Shown piece by piece: positions 20,978-33,811 of a stretch of DNA of 64,000 nucleotides. Under the pieces are notes generated by a model. It ran no database searches, had not been told where the DNA came from, and was given only the letters and a program-made list of their open reading frames with translations. A program made the translations under genes and the position numbers. Origin of the DNA: Epithemia pelagica (lineage: Eukaryota > Protista > Bacillariophyta). The DNA lies in contig OX337232.1 of the NCBI GenBank assembly GCA_946965045.2, positions 3,534,001 to 3,598,000 of the forward strand, given 5' to 3'. Every line of letters begins with the position of its first letter. Position 1 is the stretch's first letter.

Positions 20978-23420
20978 ATGGCTTCCACTGATGTCGTGAA
21001 CCAGTTTTGGTCAGCCTTCCAAGCATTTCAGTATCACGACGTGGTCGAACTGCTCGAAGGCGACCAGGGTGCGGAAATTGAGTACGCAAAATTCCATCAC
21101 CTTGCAATATCCCATTCATTGCATGCTCGATGCGCCGCCACAATTCTGGCTTTCTCATGCCGACTTCTTTTATATCGTCGTGTCTGAGTTGGTCAAAGTG
21201 ACTCCTGACTTTGTGTTTGAAAGCAAGGACCAAAAGGGAAATCTTCCCTTGCATTATTCCTTGACCATCAACTACGAGAACTTTGGAAAAGACGAGTGCA
21301 TCATTTCTCTGGTGTACCGTAAGAACCGGTCTGCTCTACGTTCCAGGATGCAAGACGGAGCGTTTCCCTTGCATGTGGCCTGCGGTTCCTCGGGTCGTCA
21401 TACTTCCATGATCCGTCGACTCATGGACCGATTTCCCAAGGCCGTTGGGTTGAGCGATAACAATGGCAGACTTCCCATTCATCACCTATGCTCTCACAGC
21501 AATAGTGCCAAGAGTTTCTCCCACGTTCTCGACGACTTTTCCCCCATACTCGACCGGGTATATATCATTCGAAGGTTTATTCAAGAGAAACACTACAGTG
21601 CTTCTTCTCGAGATGCCAAAGGGATGTTACCTCTTCACGTAGCGTGTGAGAGTAGCAACGACGCTCAAGTTGTTGCTCTGTTATTAAGAGTGTATCCTCA
21701 AGGAGCGAGAGAGAAGGACCATTCTGGAAAATATCCCATTCACTATGCCGCTGCCTCGTGTCCGAAACTGATACCTCTGTTACTCAATAAGAGTTGGCCC
21801 GAGTCGATTGACATTTCTGGTCTCCTGCACCTTGCATGCCGCTTCAGTCCTTTCTCAAGGAATGATGAGGATGAGAATGAGGATGATGAGAATGAGGATG
21901 AGAATGAGGATGAGAATGAGGATGAGGATGAGAATGAGGATGAGAATGAGAATGAGGATGACTACTTGAACCAGGAAGGCATTGTCAAACTTATCAAGAC
22001 TGGTCCTCAGCACGCCGCCATTTGTTACCGATCGTCCAACATGCTTCCTTTGCACCAGGCTTGTGCCAGTGGTCTGTCAATGACAGTGGTACAAGCCTTG
22101 GTGGAAGCATATCCCGACGCCGTCAAGACACAAGACGAGAATGGAGACTTGCCGGTGCATCATGTCGTGCGTTCGCCCTAACCTTGCCTCCATGTCGTTC
22201 GGCATCTTCATTCTGTGTACCCACAAGGGTTGTTACACCAAAATAAGAGTCACTATCTACCCCTTTCGTTGTGTAATGTACTGAATGACCCACTGATTGC
22301 CGAACTGATCGAATTGGCACCGGAAAGTCTGCCCCATCTCACCGCACCAAAAAATAACCATCAAAATCCTTTCGCTAGGGAGGAAGACGAGGACACAGAG
22401 GACGACGACGAGGCTACGGAAGAAGAAATGAAAGAGAATGACGAAGAGAAAAATGAAGAAGACAAGGAAGAGGATAAACAAGAGGCTACGGAAGAGGACA
22501 ATGAAGAACGCAAGCAAGATGATGACCCTTCGAGTGCCGAGTCTAAACTGAAAAAGGCTCTGAAAGAAAAGGCAGCCTTGAAACAACAAGTGCATGATTT
22601 GAAACAGAAATACCAAGAACTCCAACAAGCCCAAACCGCTTTGGAAGATTCTGCCAACAAATTGTCGCAGGAAAAGGAGCACCTCCAAGACACGCTGGAG
22701 GTTCAACTCACGCAAGAAGCCGATATGGAAGAAAAGGACCATGAGCTCCATGAGACGCTGGAACTTTCCCAGACCGAGGTGTTGCATCTCCAAAACAAGG
22801 TGCAGAGCTTGGAGGAGGAACTCCAAACGTCAGAGTGCGCTCACGAAAACGCCCTGGAAGATCAGGAACAGATCCATTCCATGTATGGGAGAATCATTGC
22901 CCAAGGACGGTTGTGGGATCAGAAGTTGATTCGCCTTTTGGAAGAGCAATGCGATCCAAATGACGAAACGACAAGTTTGGCAGTGTCCATCACTGAGATT
23001 TTCAAAGCCTTGGCTGTTTCCTTGCAACAACGATCGCAATTGGTCCAGCCGCTGGGTACATTCTCGAATACTGACAAATACGCAGACGAATCGTCCATGG
23101 TCCAGTTCATGCTGCAAGCCTTGTTGTCACAGCCCAATTTGAGTCATTCGTCCCTCCTCGAACTGATTCATCGGTTGGACCGTCAATTGGAACCACTCGA
23201 TCAACAGGTTGCTGGCGCTTGTAAACAAGTTCTTCCTCCACCGACAGTCACCCAACAACATGCCACCACCACTCGAAGAGGACGCCATCAATTGGAGGTC
23301 GTCAACAAAGGAGATGCCTTGTCTCCCGTTACCTTGGATGAAGCATTGGCTTATAACGACCATGGGAATGGAGGACCGAACAAGCGGGCTCGAGTTTCTA
23401 TCTCCCAGGGTGGGGAATGA
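20978..23420 (+). pseudogene. Ankyrin-coiled-coil gene B1 (2-nt frameshift near 21080, in-frame TAA 22179-22181)
   Basis: Start MASTDVVNQFW at 20978. Lacks cc relative to B2 (attgagtacg vs attgccagtacg). VVRSP*PC vs VVRSPKRC in B2. Ends GPNKRARVSIS. Confidence 0.85.
21862..21962 (+). repeat. Hexanucleotide GAG(A/G)AT expansion encoding an E/D/N tract inside B1
   Basis: Translates NDEDENEDDENEDENEDENEDEDENEDENENEDD. The equivalent site is NDDDEN in B2 and NDND in B3. Confidence 0.85.
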
Positions 23421-23569
23421 GAAACAAACAAGGCACTCTGGATCCTAAAGAAGTTGAAGCTAGTTCGGTGTCGAATCCACGAAGTATTATTATCACAAAG
23501 CAATAATCACCCTTGCTGCCTATTAGTATCACAAAGCAATCATCACCTTTGCTGCCGTTGGAATGAAGA

Positions 23570-24055
23570 ATGAGACGGTCCACAAAATTCAAACGAGGTC
23601 ATCTCTTTTGCAACCCGGTGTCAAGAAAGGGAAATCATACTTGGGCATTGACGAGCACCATACAAGAACTAGCTCAAGCATGGCCCCAAGCAATTGTCCA
23701 AAACGATGCATATGGCGATATTCCTCTTTTTGGGTTGTTTCAGAACGACGTTCCTCGCAATGAACTGATCGTGCTCCTTTCCCTCTTTCATGAGCTCCAA
23801 CCCGACTGTCTGTCCATCCCAGACGCGGAAGGATGCATCCCCTTGTACCAAGTGTGTGGTAATGAATGTTTGGGAGCCGCCTACGAAAAGGAATTGGTTC
23901 AGCTTTTACTGTCACTCGATCCTCTGGCGGCGCAAATGATCGATGACGGTGATAATCCAAATCCACGACTAGTCCTGCTGCTGCTCCAAAGCAGTCCCAA
24001 ATCCATTAATTTGTGCGACTGTGGATCATGTTCCCTTGTACTTGCACGACACTAA
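23570..24055 (+). pseudogene. Internal fragment of a D-type ankyrin gene
   Basis: ELAQAWPQAIVQND.YGDIPL...LFHELQPDCLSIPDAEG.IPLY...YEKELVQLLLSLDP matches D1 (QLAQGWPNGIVQKD...LFHQLQPSCLSIPDNEG). Confidence 0.75.
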
Positions 24056-25402
24056 ACGCAACAACAACGTGTCGCCATCCATGTCATCAACAACCAACTA
24101 GACAACATCCAAGATCCAATGCACCACCGACAAGAAAGCCCTCGAGATTTTCAGCATCATCATGATTGGCCTCGCGTATCAGTGAAATCTGCCGATGTGA
24201 ACGTTTGAAGTGCGTATGGATTGACACCTTGTCCAACGGTACAAGAATGGAACGAATTTGCGGCAACAGCTGGCTCGTTGACTGGGGCCGTTGCCACTGC
24301 CCTCTTCCGCACCCTCGGTACCATTGCCGTATCGATATATGCCACCTTCTTTGCAACATTTGGAAATGATTCAGCCATTGCAGCAACAAACCATTCGTCA
24401 GCTCTGTTCTCCTCAAGTTGCTCTTACGATTCCGATCCGTTTGTCGCAATTTCAAACTCCCTTTTGAGAACAGCAAAAGGGAGAACAAGCATTTACGGAC
24501 GATGCGAAAGGCCATCAACCGACCAACGACGCGAAAAGTAAGAATATTTCCACCAACAAACGTCCCAGTGATGGTCGATACGTCCCAGTGATGGTCGATA
24601 TTGTGCCGTTGATATTGTACAAGCGTACATTAACACTTTGCCTGAAGCGGCACCCATTTTAAGTCACCGCAAAATGCGATTGCCAACTCGTCTCGATGTA
24701 GGCTTTCCGGCGGGAGCCACAGAAGCTGAAATCCTTGCCAAACAAGGGGAAATGCCCCACGAAACGGAGTGGGAGAAGTTACACCCCGATTGGTCGTTCT
24801 CGTGACGACCAGTGATTTGGGAACCACAGTCGAAGATGAAACCTACCATATGTTGACAGAACCTCATTTGCACTGGAATGGTGGTGGCTGGTACCTTTTG
24901 GTGGACCCGAGCTGTTGCATGTCATGGACGAAAATGCGGTAAAATGGAGACGGCGCCACAAACGACAGAAACATCAACAACGACAAACAAGACGAGAAAG
25001 GAAAGAACAACCACAATCAACACAAGAATTGCGTCCGTTACGGACCAGGATGACTTTTGTTGGTTGTTGATGGGTGGTGGTTGAAACAAGGCCAGAACCA
25101 AAAAAACCGAATAGTGCAAGACAGAAATGACCAAATAGCCATATATAGACGAAGACGACGGATGCCAAAGTCACGGTGGAGAAGAAAAACGGCAAAAACA
25201 AGTCAATCCACAAGATTTTGTGCGTATGTGTTCGTCTGTTTTCTCTCCTATCAATCTTATCTATCCATATCCTTTATAGTTGAACACGTACACGCAAACA
25301 AATTTCTGGTCATTTTAACGCTAATAAACTCAGCATGATATTCGTCTGTCCCATCGGAGTGTCTGAAGCCAAGTCATATTCATGTCCATCATTTCACTAG
25401 TC

Positions 25403-27261
25403 CTAGGAAACTCGAGGCCGTTTCGCACGTTGACTCTCTGAAGATTCATCGACTGCAACTGTTGACTGTGGATTCTGGTTAGCTCTTCTTGCTCTGTTAC
25501 CATGGGACGGTAGTTTCCCAATCATCTCTTGTAGCTCACGATAGGTGCACTTGATATAGCTTGTCAGGGACGACCGAGAAAGATTTGGATTGGATAGGAA
25601 AGCTTCCAAGAGCAGCTGTTGACTGGCAAGTTCCGTTGAAGGTTTGCCGTCATGAGACTTGACGACTTCCTGTCGTTTATTCAAAAAGCTTGCCAGGACT
25701 TTCAGAGCTTCCATCGGCAGAGAACTACCGGTAGAGTCGTCGTGGCCTGTTGGTTCAATGAATGGAAGCATTGCCGCATACAATTTTTGACCCTCCTTGA
25801 TAAAATCTTGAACTAACAAGTCATTTTGAGTCTGGAGAGATACTAGTTCTCGAGTCAACCGTGCCCTCTCCGTTTCAACCGTCGTGAGTTTTTCATCAGC
25901 ACTCTTCGAATCTGCTTCGTCATTGATATCTGTTTCCACATCCCGGTTATCCGACTTCCCAGCCAGCCTCTCAGTTGTTTCAATATTGCTCACATTTGTC
26001 GTGCTTCCACTTTTTCTTGATTTTCTTTTACTGCCACTACTGTGACAAACATCTTCTTTCGAGTGTAATATCCGAGATATTAACTCTTCCACGACATCAT
26101 CTCCAGCGTCCACACCCAACTTTTCTAAAATGTAATCTTTTGCATCCTTGATAATATCCTTAGCAATAAAACAGAATCGTTGTTAGGAATAACTCTTTGG
26201 AGATCCAACACGCAAAGCAAAATACATACCTTCGACAGCAACGATTCTTCTCCTGGATTTACGGTCTTGTCTTGTTTTTGCGTCACCAAATAGAACATCT
26301 CTTTTGGTTTATACCAAAACTTCTTATACATGTTGTCTGATGATTGTCCTTCTGTCAACGACAAGCTCCATTCTGCCTTCCTCAACATGGGGGCCATAAG
26401 CCCTCCCACTGCCTGCGACTTGGCCGAACGACCTACAGCCGAAAATCCCCCGCGATCAGTGAGACTGTTTCTCGTTCGCTTGTTATCTTTGTTGTACATG
26501 GGCTTGGTTTGTTTTAGCATGTACATCTTGTTTTCCCACAGCCAAGCATCGATCACTTTCGCAAGCCAAGATCGTTCGCGATGAAACTGGTAGACTAATT
26601 CGTATACGAGATTCATGTTTTCTTTCGTACACTCCAAAGTCATCAATATATCTCGAACGTCCGATAGTGTGACTGGATGCGAAGTTCTTCCAGGCATCAA
26701 CAATCCTTTATCACGGGCAATATCTCGGATTCCATCCTTGTACCTGTCGACGACGAATTTTCGTAGACTTTCGCGTGTTTGTTGTATTTCGCGTAGCATC
26801 TTTGCCCCGTCTGGTCTGTCGCTAAGGCCATCCGTGTTCCGATTTTTTCGGTATTGCCAGAGACGTTCGGCGTCTTTAGTCGAGTTAGGAATACACCCAG
26901 ATAAAGGATGAAAGTAATCCTTCGGATAGGGCAGAAAATCCGGTGGATACACACGTCCTGCAGGATCGTTATCTGTGGTACCCCGATTGTTTTGTATCAA
27001 GGAGGTATATTCGATGACCGGTGTTTGGCTTCTTCGGCCGGGTTGGTTGGCCACTGTAACAGGATTATCCATTTGTTGCCGTCGATCCGTCACGTTTCTT
27101 GCCTGGTTGTCGCGATCCATCGTCCTTTCCGTGTTGCCATCGATCGATAGTTTCTGGTTTGCGCTTTGCGCGCTAGTGGACTTCATACTCCCAAGCAGGG
27201 GCGACCCGGTCCGTCGCACGTTTAGGTGCTCAGCGTATTTGAACGACTCCTCTGCGACCAC
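25403..27261 (-). CDS. Spliced chimeric gene: unknown N-terminal region fused in frame to an A2-like coiled-coil/C-terminal domain (up to 595 aa)
   Basis: Intron 26229-26159 (AAG|GTATGT, CCTAAC branch-like motif, TAAG|GAT) joins ORF 26125..27261 to ORF 25403..26119 in phase 0. 25403-25918 closely matches the A2 tail (ADEKLTTVETERARLT...KRPRVS). Confidence 0.7.
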
Positions 27262-27307
27262 TGCATTACTTGGGAGTAATGGACTTCATCGAGAGTTCAG
27301 AAAAGGC

Positions 27308-27398
27308 GAGACATGCTCGGATCTTTGGCTGTGTATGCGCGAACGCCGGCGGATCACTCGGACGCTCCGACGAACTGCCAACTTTGCGCTTTGTTCGG
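27308..27398. promoter_or_regulatory. Conserved B-upstream element (copy 2)
   Basis: GACATGCTCGGATCTTTGGCTGTGTATGCGCGAACGCCGGCGGATCACTCGGACGCTCC; lies between the divergent chimeric gene and B2. Confidence 0.5.
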
Positions 27399-27492
27399 AG
27401 GATGAGAGGTTCCCTGACAGAGAATCGATGTTTGCCATCATTCGAGGGACACTTTTGTTCTCTTGAGAGATAACGACAACGACCTACCATCC

Positions 27493-29764
27493 ATGCCTTC
27501 CACTGATGTCGTGAACCAGTTCTGGTCAGCCTTTCAGGCATTTCAGTATCGCGACGTGGTCGAACTGCTCGAAAGCGACCAGGGTGCGGACATTGCCAGT
27601 ACGCAAAACTCCAACACCTTGCAATATCCCATTCATTGCATGCTCGATGCGCCGCCACAATCGTGGCTTTGTCATGCGGACTGTTTGAAACCAAGGACCA
27701 AAAGGGAAATCTTCCCTTGCATTATTCCTTGACCATCAACTACGAGAACTTTGGAAAAGACGAGTGCATCATTTCTCTCGTGTACCGTAAGAATCGGTCT
27801 GCTCTACGTTCCAGGATGCAAGACGGAGCCTTTCCCTTGCATGTGGCCTGCGGTTCCTCGGGTCGTCATACCTCCATGATCCGTCGACTCATGGACCGAT
27901 TTCCCAAGGCCATTGGGTTGAGCGATAACAATGGCAGACTTCCCATTCATCACCTATGCTCTCACAGCAATAGTGCCAAGAGTTTCTCCCACGTTCTCGA
28001 CGACTTTTCCCCCATACTCGACCGGGTATATATCATTCGAAGGTTTATTCAAGAGAAACACTACAGTGCTTCTTCTCGAGATGCCAAAGGGATGTTACCT
28101 CTTCACGTAGCGTGTGAGAGTAGCAACGACGCTCAAGTAGTTGCTCTGTTATTAAGAGTGTATCCTCAAGGAGCGAGAGAGAAGGACCATTCTGGAAAAT
28201 ATCCCATTCACTTTGCCGCTGCCTCGTGTCCGAAACTGATACCTCTGTTACTCAAGAGTTGGCCCGAGTCGATTGACATTTCTGGTCTCCTGCACCTTGT
28301 CTGCCGTTACAGTTCTTGCTCAAGGAATGATGATGATGAGAACTTCGACGAGGAAGGCATTGTCAAACTGATCAAGACTGGTCCTCAGCACGCCTCCACG
28401 TGTTACCAATCGTCCAAGATGCTTCCTTTGCACCAGGCCTGTGCCAGCTGTCTGTCAATGGCAGTTTTACTAGCCTTGGTCGAAGCGTTTCCCGACGCCG
28501 TCAAGACCCTGGACGAGAATGGAGACTTGCCGGTGCATCATGTCGTACGTTCGCCCAAACGTTGCCCCATTGTCGTTCGGTATCAACATTCTGTGTACCC
28601 ACAAGGCTATTGCACCGAAATAAGAGTAACGATCTACCCATTTCGTTGTGTCCTCGACAGAATGACTCACTCTTTGCCGTACTGGCGGAATTGGCACCAG
28701 AAAGTGTACCCAATGGCATGGCACGAAAAACTTACCATCAAAGTCTTTTCGCTTCAATCCTTCAGTTAACGGAGGACGAGGACACAGAGGAGGGCATGGA
28801 GGACGACGACGAGGATACGGAAGAAGAAATGGAAGAGCTTGAGGAAGCGGACAAGCAAGAGTCTACGGAAGAGGACAATGAAGACGACAAGCAAGAGGAT
28901 AAACAAGATGATGATCCATCGAGTGCCGAGTCTAAACTGAAAAAGGCTCTGGAAGAAAAGGCAGCCTTGGAACAACAAGTGCATGATTTGAAACAGAAAT
29001 ACCAAGAACTCCAACAAGCCCAAACCGCTTTGGAAGATTCTGCCAACAAATTGTCGCAGGAAAAGGAGCACCTCCAAGACACGCTGGAGGTTCAACTCAC
29101 GCAAGAAGCCGACATGGAAGAAAAGGACTATGAGCTCCATCAGACGCTGGAACTTTCCCAGACCGAAGTGTTGCATCTCCAAAACAAGGTGCAGAGCTTG
29201 GAGGAGGAACTCCAAACGTCAGAGTGTGCTCACGAAAATGCCCTGGAAGATCAGGAACAGATCCATTCCATGCATGGGAGAATCATTGCTCACGGACGAT
29301 TGTGGGATCAGCACTTGATTCGCCTTTTGGAAAAGCAATGCGATCCAAATGACGAAACGACAAGTTCGACAGTGCCCACCACTGAGATTTTGAAAGCATT
29401 GGCTTTTTCCTTGCAACAACGATCGCAATTGGTCCAGCCGCTTGGTACAGTCTCGAATGTCGGCAAACACACAGACAAATCGTCCATGGTCCAGTTCATG
29501 CTGCAAGCCTTGTTGTCACAGCCCAATTTGAGTCATTCTTCCCTCCTTGAATTGATTCATCGGTTGGACCGTCAATTGGAACCACTCGATCAACAGGTTG
29601 CTGGCGCTTGTACACAAGTTCTTCCGCCACCGACAGACACCCATCGATTGGAGGAAGACAACAGAGGAAATGCCCTGTCTTCCGTTACCTTAGATGAAGT
29701 CTTGGCTTATAACGACCATGGGAAGGGAGGACCGAACAAGCGGGCTCGAGTTTCTTTCTCCTAG
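27493..29764 (+). pseudogene. Ankyrin-coiled-coil gene B2 (about 49-bp deletion near 27681, 1-nt frameshift near 28607)
   Basis: Start MPSTDVVNQFW. Near-identical to B1 across three successive frames (27463, 27636 and 28400 ORFs). Ends GPNKRARVSFS. Confidence 0.85.
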
Positions 29765-30441
29765 GTTGGGGAATGAGAAACAAACAACTCAAATATATGT
29801 GCCTAGCACTTGTTTTGGTTGTCAATCACCACCCTGGAAAGCAAACGAAGTTGGGTCAATCTGTGGAGAAGAAGAGCCACACGCACATCTGAACTTTAAG
29901 GCACCAGGCGCTCACCTCAAACTCGATTGGGTCGAAAACGATCGCTGGATAAGACAAAGAACAAGAAAACTATCCACCTCATTCTTCCGAGGTGGTTCCG
30001 TCCCATAAATGGGTCACTCTGGATCGTACAGTTGAAGCTAGTTCGGTGTCGAGCCCACGAACTATCATTAATCATTACCCCAAAGCAATCATCACCCTTT
30101 GCTACCGTTAAAGCCTCATCGCCGTCCTGCGCGTTGCGCGTTGGTGATTCCATCAGGTCTCACGGCTTATCGGTATGTATAGGTATCTCAGATAAACAAT
30201 TCTCGTAAAAGTACCCTCGCCAAAACGTAAAGGCTTCAGCTTGCCATCCGAAAAGAAATTAATGCGCCCGACTCCTAAAAGGGCTGTCCTGTGACATCTT
30301 GAGTAGCTATTACCAAGTCTAGCTTAACACGTACAGGCAAGTCTCTACCTAGTCATTAAAAGGATAATATAAACACACCATGAAATTCGCTTGCCCCATC
30401 GGAGTGTCGAAAGTCAAGTCATATTTATGTCCATCGTTTCA

Positions 30442-32235
30442 TTAGTCCACGGAAACTCGAGCCCGTTTCGCACGTTGATTCTCTGGAGATTCATCGACGG
30501 CGACTGTTGACTGTGGATCCCGGTTGACTGTTGTGGCGGTGCAACTTTGAGTCGGCGGTATCACTTCTATCTCCTGTAGCTCGCGATAGGTGCACTTGAT
30601 AAAGTCTGTCAGGGATGACCGAGAAAGATTTGGATGGGACAGGAAAGCTTTCGTAAGGAGCTGTTCCCTGGATTGTTCCCATGATGGTTTGTCACCATGA
30701 AATTTGGCGAATTCCAGTCGTTTGTTCAGAAAGCTTGCAAGGGCTTTCAGTGCTTCCATCGGTAGTATATTCGAGTCGGCGTGGCCTGCTGTTTCAATGA
30801 GTGGAAGCAATGCTTCATCCAATTTCTGTCCCTCCTTGATCAGGTCTTGATTTTGAGTCTCCATATTATTTAGCTGGGTAGTCAATCGTGCCCTTTCGGT
30901 TTGAACTGTGGTGAGTTTTTCATTAGCACTCTTTGAATCTGCTTCCTCTTTCTTCAACCTCTCTTTCACGTCTCTGATTTCAGTTGAGAAATTTTTGTAG
31001 TGTTCCTCAAGCTTTTCTTTTTCGCTCAAGGCTTCGTCTCTTTCCTTTTCGACATCTTTTAGCCTGTGAGACAATTTAGCTCCCTCCTCCCGAGTATTCG
31101 TGAGCGCTTCCTCCATACTCTTTGAATATACTTTGATGTTTTCTTTCAAGTTTCTGGTTTCTTCCTCAAGGCTTTTTCTTCCTTCCTCAAGCTCGTCTCT
31201 TTCATTTTCTACTTCTTCAAGCTTACCAATCAATTCTGCCTTCTCGTTCTCGAAAGTCGTGCGATTTTGCTCGATAACCGCTGCGCGAAGTTTTCACTTT
31301 TCTTTTAGGTCTTTGATGTCAGCCAAGAGACTTTTCCTTCCTTCATCAAGCTTTTCTTTTTCGCGCAAGGCTTCGTCTCTTTCCCTCTTGAGTTTGTTCT
31401 TAATCTCCTCGTCCTTACCAGACCCTTCATGTGCTTTCTCGGCCAAGATGTTTTTTAAAACTTCGTGAAATACTTAACGCATCATATCCGCGCGGCATCT
31501 CGGAAGATATTGTGTCCTTTCCAAGTAGTCAACGAGAGGACTGAGTAGCACACTGCCAGGAATGTTCCCTTCATTGATGTGAAATAAAGTCTTCGGGCAC
31601 AATCGGGCCAAATGCAAAAACATTTCATCGTCCTTGGCACAGCAATCAATGGGAAACTTACCACCCTTGTTCTTCTGCATAAAGGCTTCTGGGTACTGCG
31701 AGTACAGATACTCCAAATTGTTGTTTCTTCTATTGCGGACGGCTAAATGAGCCGGTAAGTTCCCGTCAGCGTCCATGACACGGAGGGCATGTGGATAAGC
31801 ATCCACCAAGGCCTTTATAACCCTGTCCGGCTGTGTTTGGCATGCATAATGAAGAGGTAGCATCTTGGTGGACGATTCGTGCTTGGAAGCATGTTCGGGT
31901 TTAGCCTTGAGGAGGCACAGCATAACATCTTCAGTGGAGGAACCGTCCCCCGATAAGGATATTTTTGCACTTGCGACATGCAATACATACCTACCATCTT
32001 TATCGCACGTATCAATGGCCTCGGGGCACAGGCTTAATAACTTGGATATAAGTTTGTAGGCGCTGGAGTAGTGGGACAACGGGACTACACGATGGAGGGG
32101 ATACCGTCCGAGCGAGTCTTTGGTTTTGGCAATGGCTGCACCATCCTTCCCATTCAAGAGTTCCAAGAGCTTTGCCACAGATCCCAAAGAAAGAAAATTA
32201 TTGAATTTGAGCATGGACTCTGTTGATGCGGTCAT
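30442..32235 (-). pseudogene. Ankyrin-coiled-coil gene A5 with two in-frame stops
   Basis: Start MTASTESMLK at 32235. Single continuous frame with TAA 31474-31476 (MMR*VFHE vs RKVFHE) and TGA 31294-31296. Ends VDESPENQRAKRARVSVD. Confidence 0.85.
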
Positions 32236-32377
32236 GGTGGGAGACAAATGGGGATGTAGACAGTGTCACCCTCTTGATCAGGGTTGGTCTTATCGTGCGT
32301 GAAATTTCACACATTTCACCCAAAACCAGCTTCCAAATGTCACAGTTTTTAGGGTGTGAAAAACTTGGGTCCAATCG

Positions 32378-33790
32378 ATGGCTACGAGTGTGAAATCGAT
32401 TTCACACAGCCGTAGTCTTCCCCCATGGGTCATTCATTTGCTTCCAACAACCAAACAAATAAGCATGATCTATTCAAAGTACCTAGAGGCAGAGGCAATG
32501 GAAGAAGAAAGTGACGAAGAAGACTTCCTCCATTTACTCAAGCTGATAGAATTTTATTCCCTTGCCAAGAAGCACCGAAGAAGCAGAAGCCCAATCCCTC
32601 GGTCCCAAACTCCTAAGGTTGAACGACTCAAGTGGTCAACCTTTGTGAGAGCCCAAATGGCAAGCGACCCAAAAGACTTTGAGAAGAGCATCAGAATGCC
32701 TTTAGAGGCTTTTGAAGCTCTTCATGAAATTCTTAAAGAGTCTCTGAACAAAAATGAAGAAATGGGGGCTTTACGTGGTGGTGCAATCGCTTCGGAAATA
32801 CGACTGTACTTGACAGTCCGATACCTTGGTGGTGGTGCAATGCATGACATTCGACGGATTTTTGATATAAAAAGGTCCACCTCCTACCATATAGTCCGCG
32901 ACGTCTGCCGAGCCATACTCCAGTGTGATAAGTTGGGGTTTAGCTTCCCAAGAACAGAGGAGGATTGCCAAAAGGCTGCCCTTGGTTTTCGAAGCATCTC
33001 TTTCGATGAAGCAATCATCAACTGCGTTGCTGTTGTCGACGGATATTTACTTCACATTGAACAACCTAGCAAGAGAATGGCAGGCAATCAACGTCAATAT
33101 TATTCCGGTCATTACAAAAAATTTGGCATCAACGTACAAGCCGCGTGTGATCACAATTCACAATTTATCTACTTTGCTCTTGCTGGACCTGGTAGCCAAA
33201 ATGACAAGGTGGCCATTGACCAATGCTCATTGGGTCCCTTAATTGACACTTTACCCGAAGGATATTGTGCTATTGGTGATGCCGCATACTATCCTACCGA
33301 ACGGTTGGCACCTATCTACTATGGCGTCAACCGGGACGACCCTCTACACGACAACTTCAACTTTTTTGCCTCTCAGCTGCGAATCAGAATTGAGATGGCG
33401 TTTGGCCTCATGCAGATGAAATGGAGGTTCCTGCAGCAGGCACGCCAGCCAACAAAGAATCTTCCTATGTATGTAATGGCCATAGCCCGGTTGCACAACT
33501 TTGTTGTTAAGTACCGGTTGGAACAAGGCAGCACACTTACTGAAATGATGAATGAAGATCACGGACAAGATGGTGAGAGTGGACAAACACCCGTACTACC
33601 ATCACAACCTGTGGATGATAATGGCAACCCTATGCTCTACGATGATATGGGCAATGTGGTACGAAGGCCCTTGCCCAAGGGGCATTCCATGACAAGGCAT
33701 TCGATGGCTGTTCGGATCCAGCAGAAAAACCTAGTCCGTCCTCTGCGCAACACCATTCAACGCGATGCCGAAGATCAAGAAGATGAATAG
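32378..33790 (+). CDS. Harbinger/IS5-family DDE transposase
   Basis: CVAVVDGYLL, YSGHYKKFGINVQAACD, GPGSQND, IGDAAY and RIRIEMAFGLMQMKWRFL; uninterrupted 470 aa. Confidence 0.92.
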   Translation: MATSVKSISHSRSLPPWVIHLLPTTKQISMIYSKYLEAEAMEEESDEEDFLHLLKLIEFYSLAKKHRRSRSPIPRSQTPKVERLKWSTFVRAQMASDPKDFEKSIRMPLEAFEALHEILKESLNKNEEMGALRGGAIASEIRLYLTVRYLGGGAMHDIRRIFDIKRSTSYHIVRDVCRAILQCDKLGFSFPRTEEDCQKAALGFRSISFDEAIINCVAVVDGYLLHIEQPSKRMAGNQRQYYSGHYKKFGINVQAACDHNSQFIYFALAGPGSQNDKVAIDQCSLGPLIDTLPEGYCAIGDAAYYPTERLAPIYYGVNRDDPLHDNFNFFASQLRIRIEMAFGLMQMKWRFLQQARQPTKNLPMYVMAIARLHNFVVKYRLEQGSTLTEMMNEDHGQDGESGQTPVLPSQPVDDNGNPMLYDDMGNVVRRPLPKGHSMTRHSMAVRIQQKNLVRPLRNTIQRDAEDQEDE

Positions 33791-33811
33791 AAAATCATTG
33801 ATATATAATTA

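Noticed and set aside
24561-24600. Exact 20-bp tandem duplication (and a 24-bp one at 38083-38129)
   Set aside because: Two-unit local duplications typical of slippage or repair; no evidence of function.
24060-25320. Membrane-protein gene suggested by hydrophobic minus-strand frames
   Set aside because: Only short frames broken by stops, partly low-complexity; no family motif recognised. At best a degraded fragment.
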